In this document: positions 19,839-28,633 of the stretch, piece after piece
Numbering within the stretch: position 1 is the stretch's first letter
Layout: the number at the start of each line of letters is the position of its first letter
Assembly: GCA_964541225.1 (NCBI GenBank)
Contig: CAZIPN010000010.1
Location: 15 to 64,014 of the forward strand
DNA from: an uncultured Eubacteriales bacterium
GTDB taxonomy: Bacteria > Actinomycetota > Coriobacteriia > Anaerosomatales > JAAXUF01
Length of the DNA stretch: 64,000 nucleotides
Direction: 5' to 3'
Notes under the pieces: generated by a model
Databases searched by the model: none
The model's input: the letters and a program-made list of their open reading frames with translations, nothing else
Told to the model about the DNA's origin: nothing
Position numbers and translations under genes: made by a program

Positions 19839-20648
19839 CTACCAGAGCCGGTACTCCCCGTCGCGCTCCTCAATTTGCGCTGGAATCCCAAAGAGCTCGC
19901 TGAGTCGCTCACCCGTGAGCAGCTCGCACTTCGGACCGTCGGCGACGATCCGCGAGTTCGACAGCATCACGACACGATCGATCTCGGGCGCGATGTCTTC
20001 CACATGGTGCGTCACGAGCACGAGCGATCGCCCACCCGCCGCCAACGCACGCACCGCTTGCCGCACGTGGTAGCTCGCTGCGGGATCGAGCCCGTTCGTG
20101 GGCTCATCGAGCACGAGCACCGACGGATCGTGTACGAGCGCCCGCGCGAACAGCACGCGCCGAGCCTCCCCCGTCGACAACGTCGGCATCATCCGCTCGG
20201 CAAGATGCGCGACCTCGAGCTCGCCGAGAGCCGCACGTGCGCGTTCGCGTTGCTCGGCAGTTGGCATCCGATGAATCGGCACGCCGAGCGACCCGAAGAA
20301 ACCGCCGAGCACCACATCGAGCGCAGGAAGGTGCACGTCGGCTTGCTCCTGCGCGTCTGCCGAGACCACACCCAGCAGCTTGCGCGCCTCTTGAAGCTCG
20401 ATCCGTGGTTGCCCGAGGAAGAGGACCGGCGACGGTTCGACCCACACCGGCAGGATGTCTCGCGTTAGCAGCTTGATGAGGGTCGTCTTGCCAGAACCGT
20501 TGGGTCCCAGGACCGCGACGCGCTCCCCCTCGGCAATCGTGAAGTGATCGACGGCCAGGATAGCTCGGCCGTCGCGCACTACCGTCGCGTTCGTGAGTTC
20601 GAGCAGCGGAGTCGAGCGTGCGCCGTTCTCGGCAGGCACCTGACTCAC
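19839..20648 (-). CDS. Orphan ABC-type ATPase (ModF/YlmA-like)
   Basis: GPNGSGKTTL, LSTGEARRVLFARAL, LVLDEPTNGLD. GTG 20648 forms a GTGA overlap with the stop of the upstream GNAT gene. No permease is adjacent. Confidence 0.7.
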   Translation of the reverse strand: MSQVPAENGARSTPLLELTNATVVRDGRAILAVDHFTIAEGERVAVLGPNGSGKTTLIKLLTRDILPVWVEPSPVLFLGQPRIELQEARKLLGVVSADAQEQADVHLPALDVVLGGFFGSLGVPIHRMPTAEQRERARAALGELEVAHLAERMMPTLSTGEARRVLFARALVHDPSVLVLDEPTNGLDPAASYHVRQAVRALAAGGRSLVLVTHHVEDIAPEIDRVVMLSNSRIVADGPKCELLTGERLSELFGIPAQIEERDGEYRLW

Positions 20649-21220
20649 TCGTCCCGTGCGTCGGAAACGCGCGCGAGGCGAACGTGATCCTCCCACTTGC
20701 CCGCAATCTGGAGGTAGCGAGGAGACAGCCCCTCGCGCACAAAGCCAGCGCGTTCGACAACCGCCAGAGAGCGTACGTTTCGAGGCATGATGTTGGCCTC
20801 GATCCGATGCAGGCCAAGCTCGTCGAAGGCGATCTCAACGACACGCCTGACCGACTCGGTCATGTACCCTTTGCCCACCACATCTGGCGCAAGTCCGTAG
20901 CCAAGGGTGGCGCCAAGCATCGCCCCGCGGATCACATTGCGCAAGTTCACCGCCCCGATGACGAGACCAGGATCCTCTTTGGGCGAGATGAACAAGCACA
21001 GTGAGCGATCGCTTTGTGCCTCCAGGAGCTGTGCGACAAGCCGGTCGGCGACGACCGGAAGCTCCCAGTAGTCCGTTGGTCTGATCGGATCGAACGGCCG
21101 ATGATACTCGGCGCTGCGCAGCCCGTATTCGCGCACGGCAGCTGCCGAGTCGGGGCCAAGCACCCGGAGGAGCAAGCGATTGGTTTCCCACGTCGTGAGC
21201 ACGGCGATCCTCTCGTTCAT
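20645..21220 (-). CDS. GNAT family N-acetyltransferase (RimJ/RimL-like)
   Basis: TNRLLLRVLGPDS N-terminus, GYGLAPDVVGKGYMTE and LHRIEANIMPRNVRS motifs. Confidence 0.75.
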   Translation of the reverse strand: MNERIAVLTTWETNRLLLRVLGPDSAAAVREYGLRSAEYHRPFDPIRPTDYWELPVVADRLVAQLLEAQSDRSLCLFISPKEDPGLVIGAVNLRNVIRGAMLGATLGYGLAPDVVGKGYMTESVRRVVEIAFDELGLHRIEANIMPRNVRSLAVVERAGFVREGLSPRYLQIAGKWEDHVRLARVSDARDE

Positions 21221-21356
21221 GATCCGGGCTGGCAGACAGCGTAGCGCACTCGCGCTCTCTGGCGCACTAACCGTTGGTCACTGCGGTCGAGTGTTAGAGT
21301 TGTTCGTACCGCACAGTCGTCTCGCACACCGATCCCCACCGAGAAGGAGTCGCTTG

Positions 21357-21740
21357 ATGCCGTGGGAAACCGAGGGTGAAGTCGTCCGATTCTCGGGCAA
21401 CCTGAGCGAGTTGATCAATCGCGTCATGGCCGCCTATGAGCAGGACTCGGCGAAGAGCACCGCCGCCGTATCGTCCGGCGTGTACGTGACCGCCACGGCT
21501 ATCGTGCTGCGTGAGATCTTGCTCGAGGCACTCGCCGAGGAAGCAGAGGCCGCCGACTTCTTGCAGCGCTTGGACGAAGCGTTCGAAGAGCAGGAGGACG
21601 GCACTGTGACCGTCCAAACCCTCGCGATCCTCGAGGACGTCGCGGAGCACATCGAACCCACCGCCTGGCAGGGGTGGCTTGCCGACGAAGCGGCTCGCGA
21701 AGCGATCCTGGAAGTGGCGGGTAGCACCGCGCCTGAGTAG
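21357..21740 (+). CDS. Small acidic hypothetical protein
   Basis: ATG 21357 after AAGGAG. 127 aa, E/A-rich, no recognised motif. Confidence 0.35.
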   Translation: MPWETEGEVVRFSGNLSELINRVMAAYEQDSAKSTAAVSSGVYVTATAIVLREILLEALAEEAEAADFLQRLDEAFEEQEDGTVTVQTLAILEDVAEHIEPTAWQGWLADEAAREAILEVAGSTAPE

Positions 21741-21822
21741 GCAATCCCTGGCTCACCTATCAACCTGTGACACGAAGCTCTTGTCGCAAGCACCCGCGCT
21801 GGTGTTGGCGTACCCTGAACGC

Positions 21823-24165
21823 ATGAAGGAGCGCCTCACCCGGAAGCCTCGCACGAGCGTGCGCGGAATAGGTCCGGGAACCACAGTTGCACGCGTTGCC
21901 GCGCTCATCTGCACGTGTGCGCTCGCCATCTTGTGCGCGGCCACGGCAACCGCGAGCGCGTCGCCAGCTGCGCGCGCGGACGCGCGCGGCGCGACGACCT
22001 CCACGCAGGCCTCCCCGACGGTCGACGTCGTAGCCGTGGTCATCACACCATTCTTGACGTGGAACGATATCACTGCCGAGAAGGCACCCGAGCTGTGTTC
22101 GCTCGCAATCCGCGGAGCAATCGGCAACATGAACTCCATCACCACGGATCCCGGCCATCCAACCGCAACGGGTGGCGCGCTAACGCTCTCGGCTGGGCGG
22201 TGGACGAGCGGACCCACCAGCGGCGCCGCAGCTCCCGACGATATCCTCGCCATTCGCGCGGCGAACGCTGGTTCGCTCAATCCCCCGGACATCGGCGCAC
22301 TCGGTGCCGTGTTGCATGCTGCCGGGCTCAAGACCGCCGCGCTTGGCGACGGCGACGAGGACACATCGACTGCGGCCGGGGTGAAGCGTCCGGCTGCGCT
22401 CGTGGCAATGGACAGAGATGGCGCAGTGGACTTCGACACCACCGGTCCGTGGCTACTGAAAGACGATCCGAATGCTCCGTTCGGCGTACGCAACGACCGG
22501 GCGCGCTTGGCAGCTGCCGTGTACGGAGCGCTTGCGGCTGGATCATCACTGATCGTGGTCGATCCAGGTGACCTTGAGCGCGCGCATGACGACACCCGCC
22601 AGTCCTCAGCGCAAGCGGTCCTGAGTCACGCCGAGGCGGTCAAGTCAACAAGCGAGGTGATTGGAGACGTTGCTGCCGCACTCAAAGGCCGCCGAGCGCT
22701 GCTGCTCATCGTCACTCCTGCGACCTCCAAGCCCTACTACCAGCCACCGTACTTCGGACCCACGATAGCGGTAGGCGACGGGTTTGTCGGCGACCTCACC
22801 TCTCAGTCCACGCACCGCATTGGACTCGTAACGAATCTGGACTTCGCGCCGACGGTTCTGTCCGCACTTTCTCTGGAGCCAACGGCAACGATGCTCGGAG
22901 TGCCGATGGGCTCGACGCCGTACACCTCGGCCGGTGGCTCCTTGGGCTCTGCCGCCTTTCAAGAGCACGTGGCGACCCTCGCGAAACTCGGCACCTCGGT
23001 CGGTGCGATCGACTACTCACGTGACCTGCTCTTCTTGACGCCCTTCGCAGTCCTCGTGATTGTTCTGGTCGCGTTCGTGACTGCCATCGCGCTCGTGCCG
23101 TCGCTTCGGCGACTTCGATCGTGGGGACGCGCGCTGATCCTGCTGGCCCTGGCGATCCCGCCAGGCGCGTGGTTGATGTTCGCGCTGGTTCCCCATCCGA
23201 CATCTCCACCCCAGGTCATGCTGCTCTTCGGCGGATCCACTCTCGCCACATTCGCCGTCGTCGGCGGCATCTCGGCGGCGCGCAAGACCAGACCGGAAGT
23301 GCCATTGCTCGCCCTATCCACCCTGACATCGCTTCTCATCTGCGCCGACCAGTGGAGCGGTCATCCGATCGAAAGCGGATTGTTCTCCTACTCGATTCGG
23401 GCCGGCTGGCGCTACTACGGCATGGGCAACGAAGGCGCGGCGCTGCTCGTCGGCGCGTCGATGATCGCCGTGGGGTTCGTCTGCGACTTCGCCGAGAAGT
23501 CGCGGTGGAATCGTCTCGTTCGCGTCGCGCTGATGCCCGTCGTTGGCGCCGTCGTGCTCGTCACAACCGGAGCCGCGTTCGCGGGAGCCAACGTCGGGGT
23601 CGCGATTTGGGGCGTGATCGCCTACGGAGTGGCGTGGGCAGGACTCCAGCGAGTCAAGTTCGGATGGAAGAGCGCAGCCGTCATCGCGGCCGTCATCGTG
23701 GTAGCCGTCGGCGCGGCGGTGGCCGTCGACGTCGCGCGCGGCAGCCACGAGACCCACCTGGGTCGCTTCTTCGCGCAGATCATGCAGGGGGACTTCTCAA
23801 CGGTCGGCACGCTGGTGCTGCGCAAAGCGATGAACAACTACAACTACATCATGCAGACCCCGTACACGCTCGTTGCGCTCGCGCTCGCAGCAGGACTCGC
23901 AGCCCTGCGCTGGATCGGCGATCGCCCGTTGCTGCGCGTGCTCTCGGATCGGCCGGGCATCTCGGCGACCCTGATCGGCTTGCTCATCGGGAGCATCGCG
24001 GCGACGCTCACGGAAGACTCCGGCGTCGTCATGCCCGCGCTGATGCTCTTCGCAGGCGCGCTTCCGGTGTTCTCGCTCGCCCTCCTCGGCGGACCTGGGA
24101 AGCAACCCGAAAGCGCTCCGCCGAACCACCCGGCAGAAGAATCGCTTGACCCTAACGTAACGTGA
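21823..24165 (+). CDS. Large membrane protein: N-terminal secreted alkaline-phosphatase-superfamily-like domain plus C-terminal polytopic domain
   Basis: ATG 21823 gives a signal-like ALICTCALAILCAATATASA. GLVTNLDFAPTVLSAL resembles the sulfatase/LtaS 'DiaPTiL' motif. About 9 hydrophobic spans follow from residue ~450. Confidence 0.5.
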   Translation: MKERLTRKPRTSVRGIGPGTTVARVAALICTCALAILCAATATASASPAARADARGATTSTQASPTVDVVAVVITPFLTWNDITAEKAPELCSLAIRGAIGNMNSITTDPGHPTATGGALTLSAGRWTSGPTSGAAAPDDILAIRAANAGSLNPPDIGALGAVLHAAGLKTAALGDGDEDTSTAAGVKRPAALVAMDRDGAVDFDTTGPWLLKDDPNAPFGVRNDRARLAAAVYGALAAGSSLIVVDPGDLERAHDDTRQSSAQAVLSHAEAVKSTSEVIGDVAAALKGRRALLLIVTPATSKPYYQPPYFGPTIAVGDGFVGDLTSQSTHRIGLVTNLDFAPTVLSALSLEPTATMLGVPMGSTPYTSAGGSLGSAAFQEHVATLAKLGTSVGAIDYSRDLLFLTPFAVLVIVLVAFVTAIALVPSLRRLRSWGRALILLALAIPPGAWLMFALVPHPTSPPQVMLLFGGSTLATFAVVGGISAARKTRPEVPLLALSTLTSLLICADQWSGHPIESGLFSYSIRAGWRYYGMGNEGAALLVGASMIAVGFVCDFAEKSRWNRLVRVALMPVVGAVVLVTTGAAFAGANVGVAIWGVIAYGVAWAGLQRVKFGWKSAAVIAAVIVVAVGAAVAVDVARGSHETHLGRFFAQIMQGDFSTVGTLVLRKAMNNYNYIMQTPYTLVALALAAGLAALRWIGDRPLLRVLSDRPGISATLIGLLIGSIAATLTEDSGVVMPALMLFAGALPVFSLALLGGPGKQPESAPPNHPAEESLDPNVT

Positions 24166-24176
24166 GGGTCTAGGCT
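24146..24176 (+). promoter_or_regulatory. MerR/TipA-type promoter-operator: TTGACC - 19 nt - TAGGCT with embedded dyad
   Basis: TTGACC (24146-24151), 19-nt spacer ctaacgtaacgtgagggtc, TAGGCT (24171-24176). Dyad TTGACCCTAACGT/ACGTGAGGGTCTA matches 11 of 13. It lies 31 nt upstream of the MerR ATG and overlaps the TGA (24163-24165) of the upstream gene. Confidence 0.6.
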
Positions 24177-24206
24177 CCCTCTGAAGACGAAGGAGGTGAG
24201 CGAGCG

Positions 24207-24977
24207 ATGGCATGGACAGTCGGGGAAGCCGCCGAGCTTTCCAAGGTGAGCGTCCGGACGCTGCACCACTACGACGAGATCGGGCTTCTGGCCCCCTCGG
24301 CAAGAAGCGAGGCCGGCTACCGGCTCTACGAGAACGCCGATCTGGAGCGCCTGCACCAGATCCTGCTCTTTCGTGAGCTGGGCTTTTCCCTCGACGACAT
24401 CCGTCGCATCATGCTCGACCCAACCTTCGACCGCGCTGAGGCACTTCGCGCGCAGCGAACGCTGCTCGCCGAGAAGGCCGAGCGCACGAAGGCGATGCTC
24501 GCCGCAATCGACGCGGCGCTCGCATCCACTGAGAGAGGAGCAACGATGACAGACCAAGAACGCACCGAGATGTTCGGCGAGCTGTTCGACGGTTTCAACC
24601 CCGACGACTACGAAGCTGAAGTGCAGGAGCGCTGGGGCGAGACCGACGCGTACAAGCAGTCGGCGGAGCGCACCAAGCGCTACACGAAGGCCGACTGGGA
24701 GCAGATCAAGGCCGAGATGGACGAGAACTCCGCCGCGTTCGTCGCGCTGATGGACGCCGGCCTGCCGAGCGACTCACCCGAAGCGATGGCACTCGCCGAG
24801 GCGAAGCGCGAGCACATCAGCAAGTGGTTCTACGACTGCTCAATCGAGTTCTACGCCGAAATGGCCGCGATCTGGGTCAATGACCCGCGGTTCACCAAGA
24901 ATATCGACAAGGCGCGGGAGGGACTGGCCGCCTACGAATACGCGGCTGTCCAGGCGCTGGCCGCGTCGCGGAAGTAG
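24207..24977 (+). CDS. MerR family regulator with TipAS-like C-terminal domain
   Basis: MAWTVGEAAELSKVSVRTLHHYDEIGLL, RLYENADLERLHQILLFRELGFSLDDI. The C-terminal ~140 aa are TipAS-like. Confidence 0.85.
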   Translation: MAWTVGEAAELSKVSVRTLHHYDEIGLLAPSARSEAGYRLYENADLERLHQILLFRELGFSLDDIRRIMLDPTFDRAEALRAQRTLLAEKAERTKAMLAAIDAALASTERGATMTDQERTEMFGELFDGFNPDDYEAEVQERWGETDAYKQSAERTKRYTKADWEQIKAEMDENSAAFVALMDAGLPSDSPEAMALAEAKREHISKWFYDCSIEFYAEMAAIWVNDPRFTKNIDKAREGLAAYEYAAVQALAASRK

Positions 24978-25016
24978 CGTCTCGGTACCGCGGGTGCCCG
25001 GCCGAGCACTCCGCAG

Positions 25017-25051
25017 GCGTGTTCGCCGACCCCATGGGTCGGTGGACACGC
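25017..25051 (+). terminator. Stem-loop between convergent MerR and CDGSH genes
   Basis: GCGTGTTCGCCGACCC / GGGTCGGTGGACACGC gives 16 pairs on the + strand RNA, including two G-U, with a 3-nt loop. No U-tract. Confidence 0.4.
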
Positions 25052-25098
25052 CGAGGACGTGAGGCAGGGCACCCGCCCGCCCTGCGACGCACCCGCGC

Positions 25099-25794
25099 TC
25101 ACAAGTGGTCGTGGAACGCTCCCGGGATGTGCGACCCGTCGCAGAATGGCTTGTTCTTGCTCTTGCCACACCGGCACAGCGTTACGCGATTGCGAACCTC
25201 GTACGGTTGGCCGTCGGCAGACTCGACCTGAATCCCGCCGCGAACCCAGATTGGGCCGCTGACCTCCATCTTCGGATCCTGGATCAGCGCGATCGATGGG
25301 GGCAGCTCGGGTTCATGCGCCATCCCGGTCGCCTTGTCGACGGCGGTGTAGCGCCCGCTCGGACACAGCTTGCTCTCCTCGATGACCACCTGCGCCGACT
25401 CGTCATCATCGTTGTCGATGCGGTGCCACACGGTGCCTCGCGCGTGGCAGAACCGCGCGTCCACGCACAGATCCTTGCGATCGCGAAGATCAACCCTGGG
25501 ACCCTCGATGACGTCGCAGGCAGACTCGTACTCCTCGAAGCCGGCAGTCTCCGTGCCATCAAACGCGACGCCTACGTGCGAACCGTCGCAGTACGGCTTG
25601 CTCTCCGACTGCCCGCATCGGCATAGCCCGCACTTCTCGCGCGCCTCAAACTCGATGCCATGTTCCCAGCCGACCGACTCGCCATCCTCATCCGTCGTGA
25701 TGATCTCCACGGAAAGCGGCACTCCGCCGCTCACGAGGTATGGTCCATCCTTCGAGACCTTGATCCGTTTGCCTGGCGCCGCGTCCATCGTCAC
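25099..25794 (-). CDS. CDGSH iron-sulfur domain protein (two CDGSH motifs flanking a Cys/His central domain)
   Basis: CRCGQSESKPYCDGSH and CRCGKSKNKPFCDGSH. The central region has CVDARFCHARG...CPSG. Confidence 0.8.
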   Translation of the reverse strand: MTMDAAPGKRIKVSKDGPYLVSGGVPLSVEIITTDEDGESVGWEHGIEFEAREKCGLCRCGQSESKPYCDGSHVGVAFDGTETAGFEEYESACDVIEGPRVDLRDRKDLCVDARFCHARGTVWHRIDNDDDESAQVVIEESKLCPSGRYTAVDKATGMAHEPELPPSIALIQDPKMEVSGPIWVRGGIQVESADGQPYEVRNRVTLCRCGKSKNKPFCDGSHIPGAFHDHL

Positions 25795-25972
25795 TCCGCT
25801 CCCTAGCCGTCGCCCACATCCTACGCGTCTTGTAGGTACCCACGGGTCACGTTCCTCCAGGTCACTGCATCTGCGCGTTCATCGTTGCCGCTCCCGCTCG
25901 TGTCCCACTGCGCTACACTCGCTTCAGGGGATAGACGCGCCGCTCTGCCGAGCGATGCATGGGGAGGACTGC

Positions 25973-26434
25973 GTGAGCAAGACCAACGGCAAGACCAAGG
26001 ACCGGACTCGGAGATCTCAGACTTTCAGCATCGCGCAGGCGGCCAAGGAACTGGGCGTTTCCGCCGAGTGGATACGCACGCAAGTCAGCGCGGGCCGGGT
26101 GAGCCCAATGCGCACCAGTGGCAAGCGCAGCGCTCGACACGCTCTGACCGATGCCGACATCGCCACCTTGCGAGCGGCTTCTGCGGAGGACCCGGCCGCC
26201 GGTGGTATTGCGGCGCTGACGGTTGTCTCGCGCCTCGAGACCGAGCGCGCCAACCTGCTCGCTCAGGTGGCGTGGGAGCGAGCGATCGCGCAGGAGCAAC
26301 AGAAAGCGCTCGAAAACGAGCATGCCCGCACCGAGCGCTTGAGCGCCGAACTCGAGCTGCAGCGCGCACGCATCGAGGCCCTCAAAGCGCTCACCGTGCT
26401 CGATCGCCTGCTCGGCAAGCACAAGGTCGTCTAG
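25973..26434 (+). CDS. Helix-turn-helix (excisionase/MerR-superfamily-like) protein with coiled-coil tail
   Basis: GTG 25973 after GGGGAGGA. FSIAQAAKELGVSAEWIRTQV, then a heptad-like ERANLLAQVAWERAIAQEQQKALENEHARTERLSAELELQRARIEAL. Confidence 0.5.
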   Translation: MSKTNGKTKDRTRRSQTFSIAQAAKELGVSAEWIRTQVSAGRVSPMRTSGKRSARHALTDADIATLRAASAEDPAAGGIAALTVVSRLETERANLLAQVAWERAIAQEQQKALENEHARTERLSAELELQRARIEALKALTVLDRLLGKHKVV

Positions 26435-28605
26435 GACGGCTCGTCCTCTCGCCATCGCCGAGCGCTGCGCTCGATCAGCAGTGCTTGCGCGTCGATGCGC
26501 TCCTCGCCCTCGGCAGGATGCCGCCGTTCCCACGAACCGTCGGGGCGCAGGTCACGTGCGTGCGAGTTGTCGGCGAAGTAGATGTCGATTGCGTCGGCCT
26601 TGAGACGCTTGATGAGCGCGGGATCGTTGACCGGGAAGAGGATCTCCACTCGGCGGTCAAGGTTTCGTCGCATGAGATCCGCACTGCCGATGAGAACGGT
26701 CGGGTCCCCTGCGTTCTCGAAGTAGTAGACGCGGCTGTGCTCGAGGAACCTGCCGACGATGCTGCGCACGCGCAGGTTTTCGCTCACGCCAGGAACGCCC
26801 GGCCGTACCACGCACATTCCGCGAACGAGCAGGTCGACCACAACGCCAGCCATCGAGGCCTCGTAGAGTAGCTGCGCCATGCGCTGGTCGACGAGCGAGT
26901 TCGCCTTGACAACGATATGACCGCCCCGGCCGGCCTGGGCATGCTCGATCTCTCGGCGCATCAGCGCTTCGAGGCCAGCACGAATGGTCTTCGGAGCGAC
27001 CAGGAAGCTGTCGTAGCTGTCGCGCAACGCATACCCGGTGAGGAAGTTGAACAGTTCGCTCGCGTCCTCGCCCATGACCTCGTCGGCAGTGAAGAGATCG
27101 ATGTCGGTGTATTGCGTCGCTGTGACGACGTTGTAGTTGCCGGTGCCCATATGCAGATAGCGACGCATTCGGCCGCCTTCTCGGCGGACGATGAGCGTGA
27201 TCTTGGAGTGCGTCTTCAGGCCGAGCACCCCGTAGACGACGTGCACGCCTTCCTGCTCAAGACGGCGCGCCCAGCCAATGTTGCTTTGCTCATCGAACCG
27301 CGCCTTAAGTTCAACGAGGGCTGCCACCTCTTTGCCGTTCTGCACGGCCTCCAGCAACGCGTCGACGACCGGGCTGTCCCGGCCGACGCGGTACAGCGTC
27401 ATCTTGATAGCCAGCACGTCGGGGTCACACGCCGCCTGCCGCAGGAGCCTGACAAACGGTTCGAAGGAGTCGAACGGCCGGTGCAGCAGGAGGTCCCGCT
27501 CTCGTATGGCGGCGAACAGCCCCACCTCGCCCTCGTCGTCCAGGGACGCGAGCCGAGCAGGACGAAACGGCGGATCCTTCAGATCGGGGCGATCGATCCG
27601 GCACAGCTCCATGAGGTTGCTCGCGCCGATGGGTGGTTCGAGCACGATGATGTCTTCGGGATCGAGCTTGAGGTTCTCGACGAGGATGTCGCGCACGAAA
27701 TCGGGCAGCGACGGTGTGACCGTCACGCGCACGACGCTGCCAAAGCGACGGCGTCGCACGCCTTCCTCAATCGTCTCCAGAAGATCCTCGGCTTCGAGTT
27801 CTTGAATCGCCACCTCGGCATCACGGGTGACGCGGAACGGATGCGCCTCCACGACTTCCATCCCGGGGAAGATCGCATCCATGTGCGCGATAACGAGCTG
27901 CTCCAGCCAGACGAAGTAGAAGGCTCGTCCGCGCGACACCTCGTCGGGCTTGATGTCGCACGCTGGTCCCGTTGCCTCGGGCGGGCAGATTGGCACCAGC
28001 CGAGGAAGCGCCCGGGGCATCTTGACGCGCGCGAACCGCTCTTCGCCCTCCGGCGTTCGCACGACGACGGCAAGGTTCAGGCTCAAGTTCGAGATGTGCG
28101 GAAACGGGCGAGCCGGATCGAACGCGAGCGGGGTGAGGACGGGGTACACGTCGCTGTCGAAATACGCGTCCGCAAACGCCCTCTGGGCCTCATCGAGCTG
28201 CTCGTAGTCCAGAACGTACACCCCGGCATCGGCGAGCTCATCCCTAAGGTGCGCGAACCCATGCCGACTGCGCGCGAATAGCCGATTGGCTTCTTCGCGC
28301 ACGAGCGAGAGTTGCTCGGCGGGTGTCAGGCCGTCGGCGGATAGATCGCGCACTCCCGCGAGAACCTGCTGCTTGAGGCCGGCGACGCGCACCATGTAGA
28401 ACTCGGCCATGTTGGAGCTGAAGATGGAGATGAATTTCACGCGTTCCAGCAGGGGGTTCTCGGCGTCCTCGGCTTCCTCGAGCACGCGCTCCTGGAAGGC
28501 AAGCATCGAGAGCTCGCGGTTCAGGTACAGCGACGGGTCGGTGAGGTCGACCCCAACGTCCGCATCATCTGTCCCGCGCGCTGCCTGGCGATCGCTGTCG
28601 GGCAT
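26431..28605 (-). CDS. ppk1: Polyphosphate kinase 1
   Basis: YLNRELSMLAFQERVLEEA, FISIFSSNMAEFYMVR, HSKITLIVRRE, GSADLMRRNLDRRVE. ATG 28605 after GGGAG. Confidence 0.9.
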   Translation of the reverse strand: MPDSDRQAARGTDDADVGVDLTDPSLYLNRELSMLAFQERVLEEAEDAENPLLERVKFISIFSSNMAEFYMVRVAGLKQQVLAGVRDLSADGLTPAEQLSLVREEANRLFARSRHGFAHLRDELADAGVYVLDYEQLDEAQRAFADAYFDSDVYPVLTPLAFDPARPFPHISNLSLNLAVVVRTPEGEERFARVKMPRALPRLVPICPPEATGPACDIKPDEVSRGRAFYFVWLEQLVIAHMDAIFPGMEVVEAHPFRVTRDAEVAIQELEAEDLLETIEEGVRRRRFGSVVRVTVTPSLPDFVRDILVENLKLDPEDIIVLEPPIGASNLMELCRIDRPDLKDPPFRPARLASLDDEGEVGLFAAIRERDLLLHRPFDSFEPFVRLLRQAACDPDVLAIKMTLYRVGRDSPVVDALLEAVQNGKEVAALVELKARFDEQSNIGWARRLEQEGVHVVYGVLGLKTHSKITLIVRREGGRMRRYLHMGTGNYNVVTATQYTDIDLFTADEVMGEDASELFNFLTGYALRDSYDSFLVAPKTIRAGLEALMRREIEHAQAGRGGHIVVKANSLVDQRMAQLLYEASMAGVVVDLLVRGMCVVRPGVPGVSENLRVRSIVGRFLEHSRVYYFENAGDPTVLIGSADLMRRNLDRRVEILFPVNDPALIKRLKADAIDIYFADNSHARDLRPDGSWERRHPAEGEERIDAQALLIERSARRWREDEPS

Positions 28606-28633
28606 CACATACTCCCTGTCCCCCGCTGCCGTG

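Noticed and set aside
18864-20468. A 534-aa plus-strand ORF spanning the ABC ATPase, TetR and orphan ATPase genes. The same applies to 17145-18020, 18224-19261 and 15546-16367.
   Set aside because: It is antisense to three well-supported genes at once and crosses their intergenic gaps. Its composition is Arg/Pro/His-rich and no SD is present. It is a shadow ORF.
26917-28281. A 454-aa ORF on the plus strand, among the longest unassigned ORFs in the track.
   Set aside because: It lies entirely antisense to ppk1, whose product shows unmistakable PPK1 motifs. Its translation is Arg/Ala/Gly/His-rich with no motifs. This is the usual shadow-ORF artefact of GC-rich DNA.
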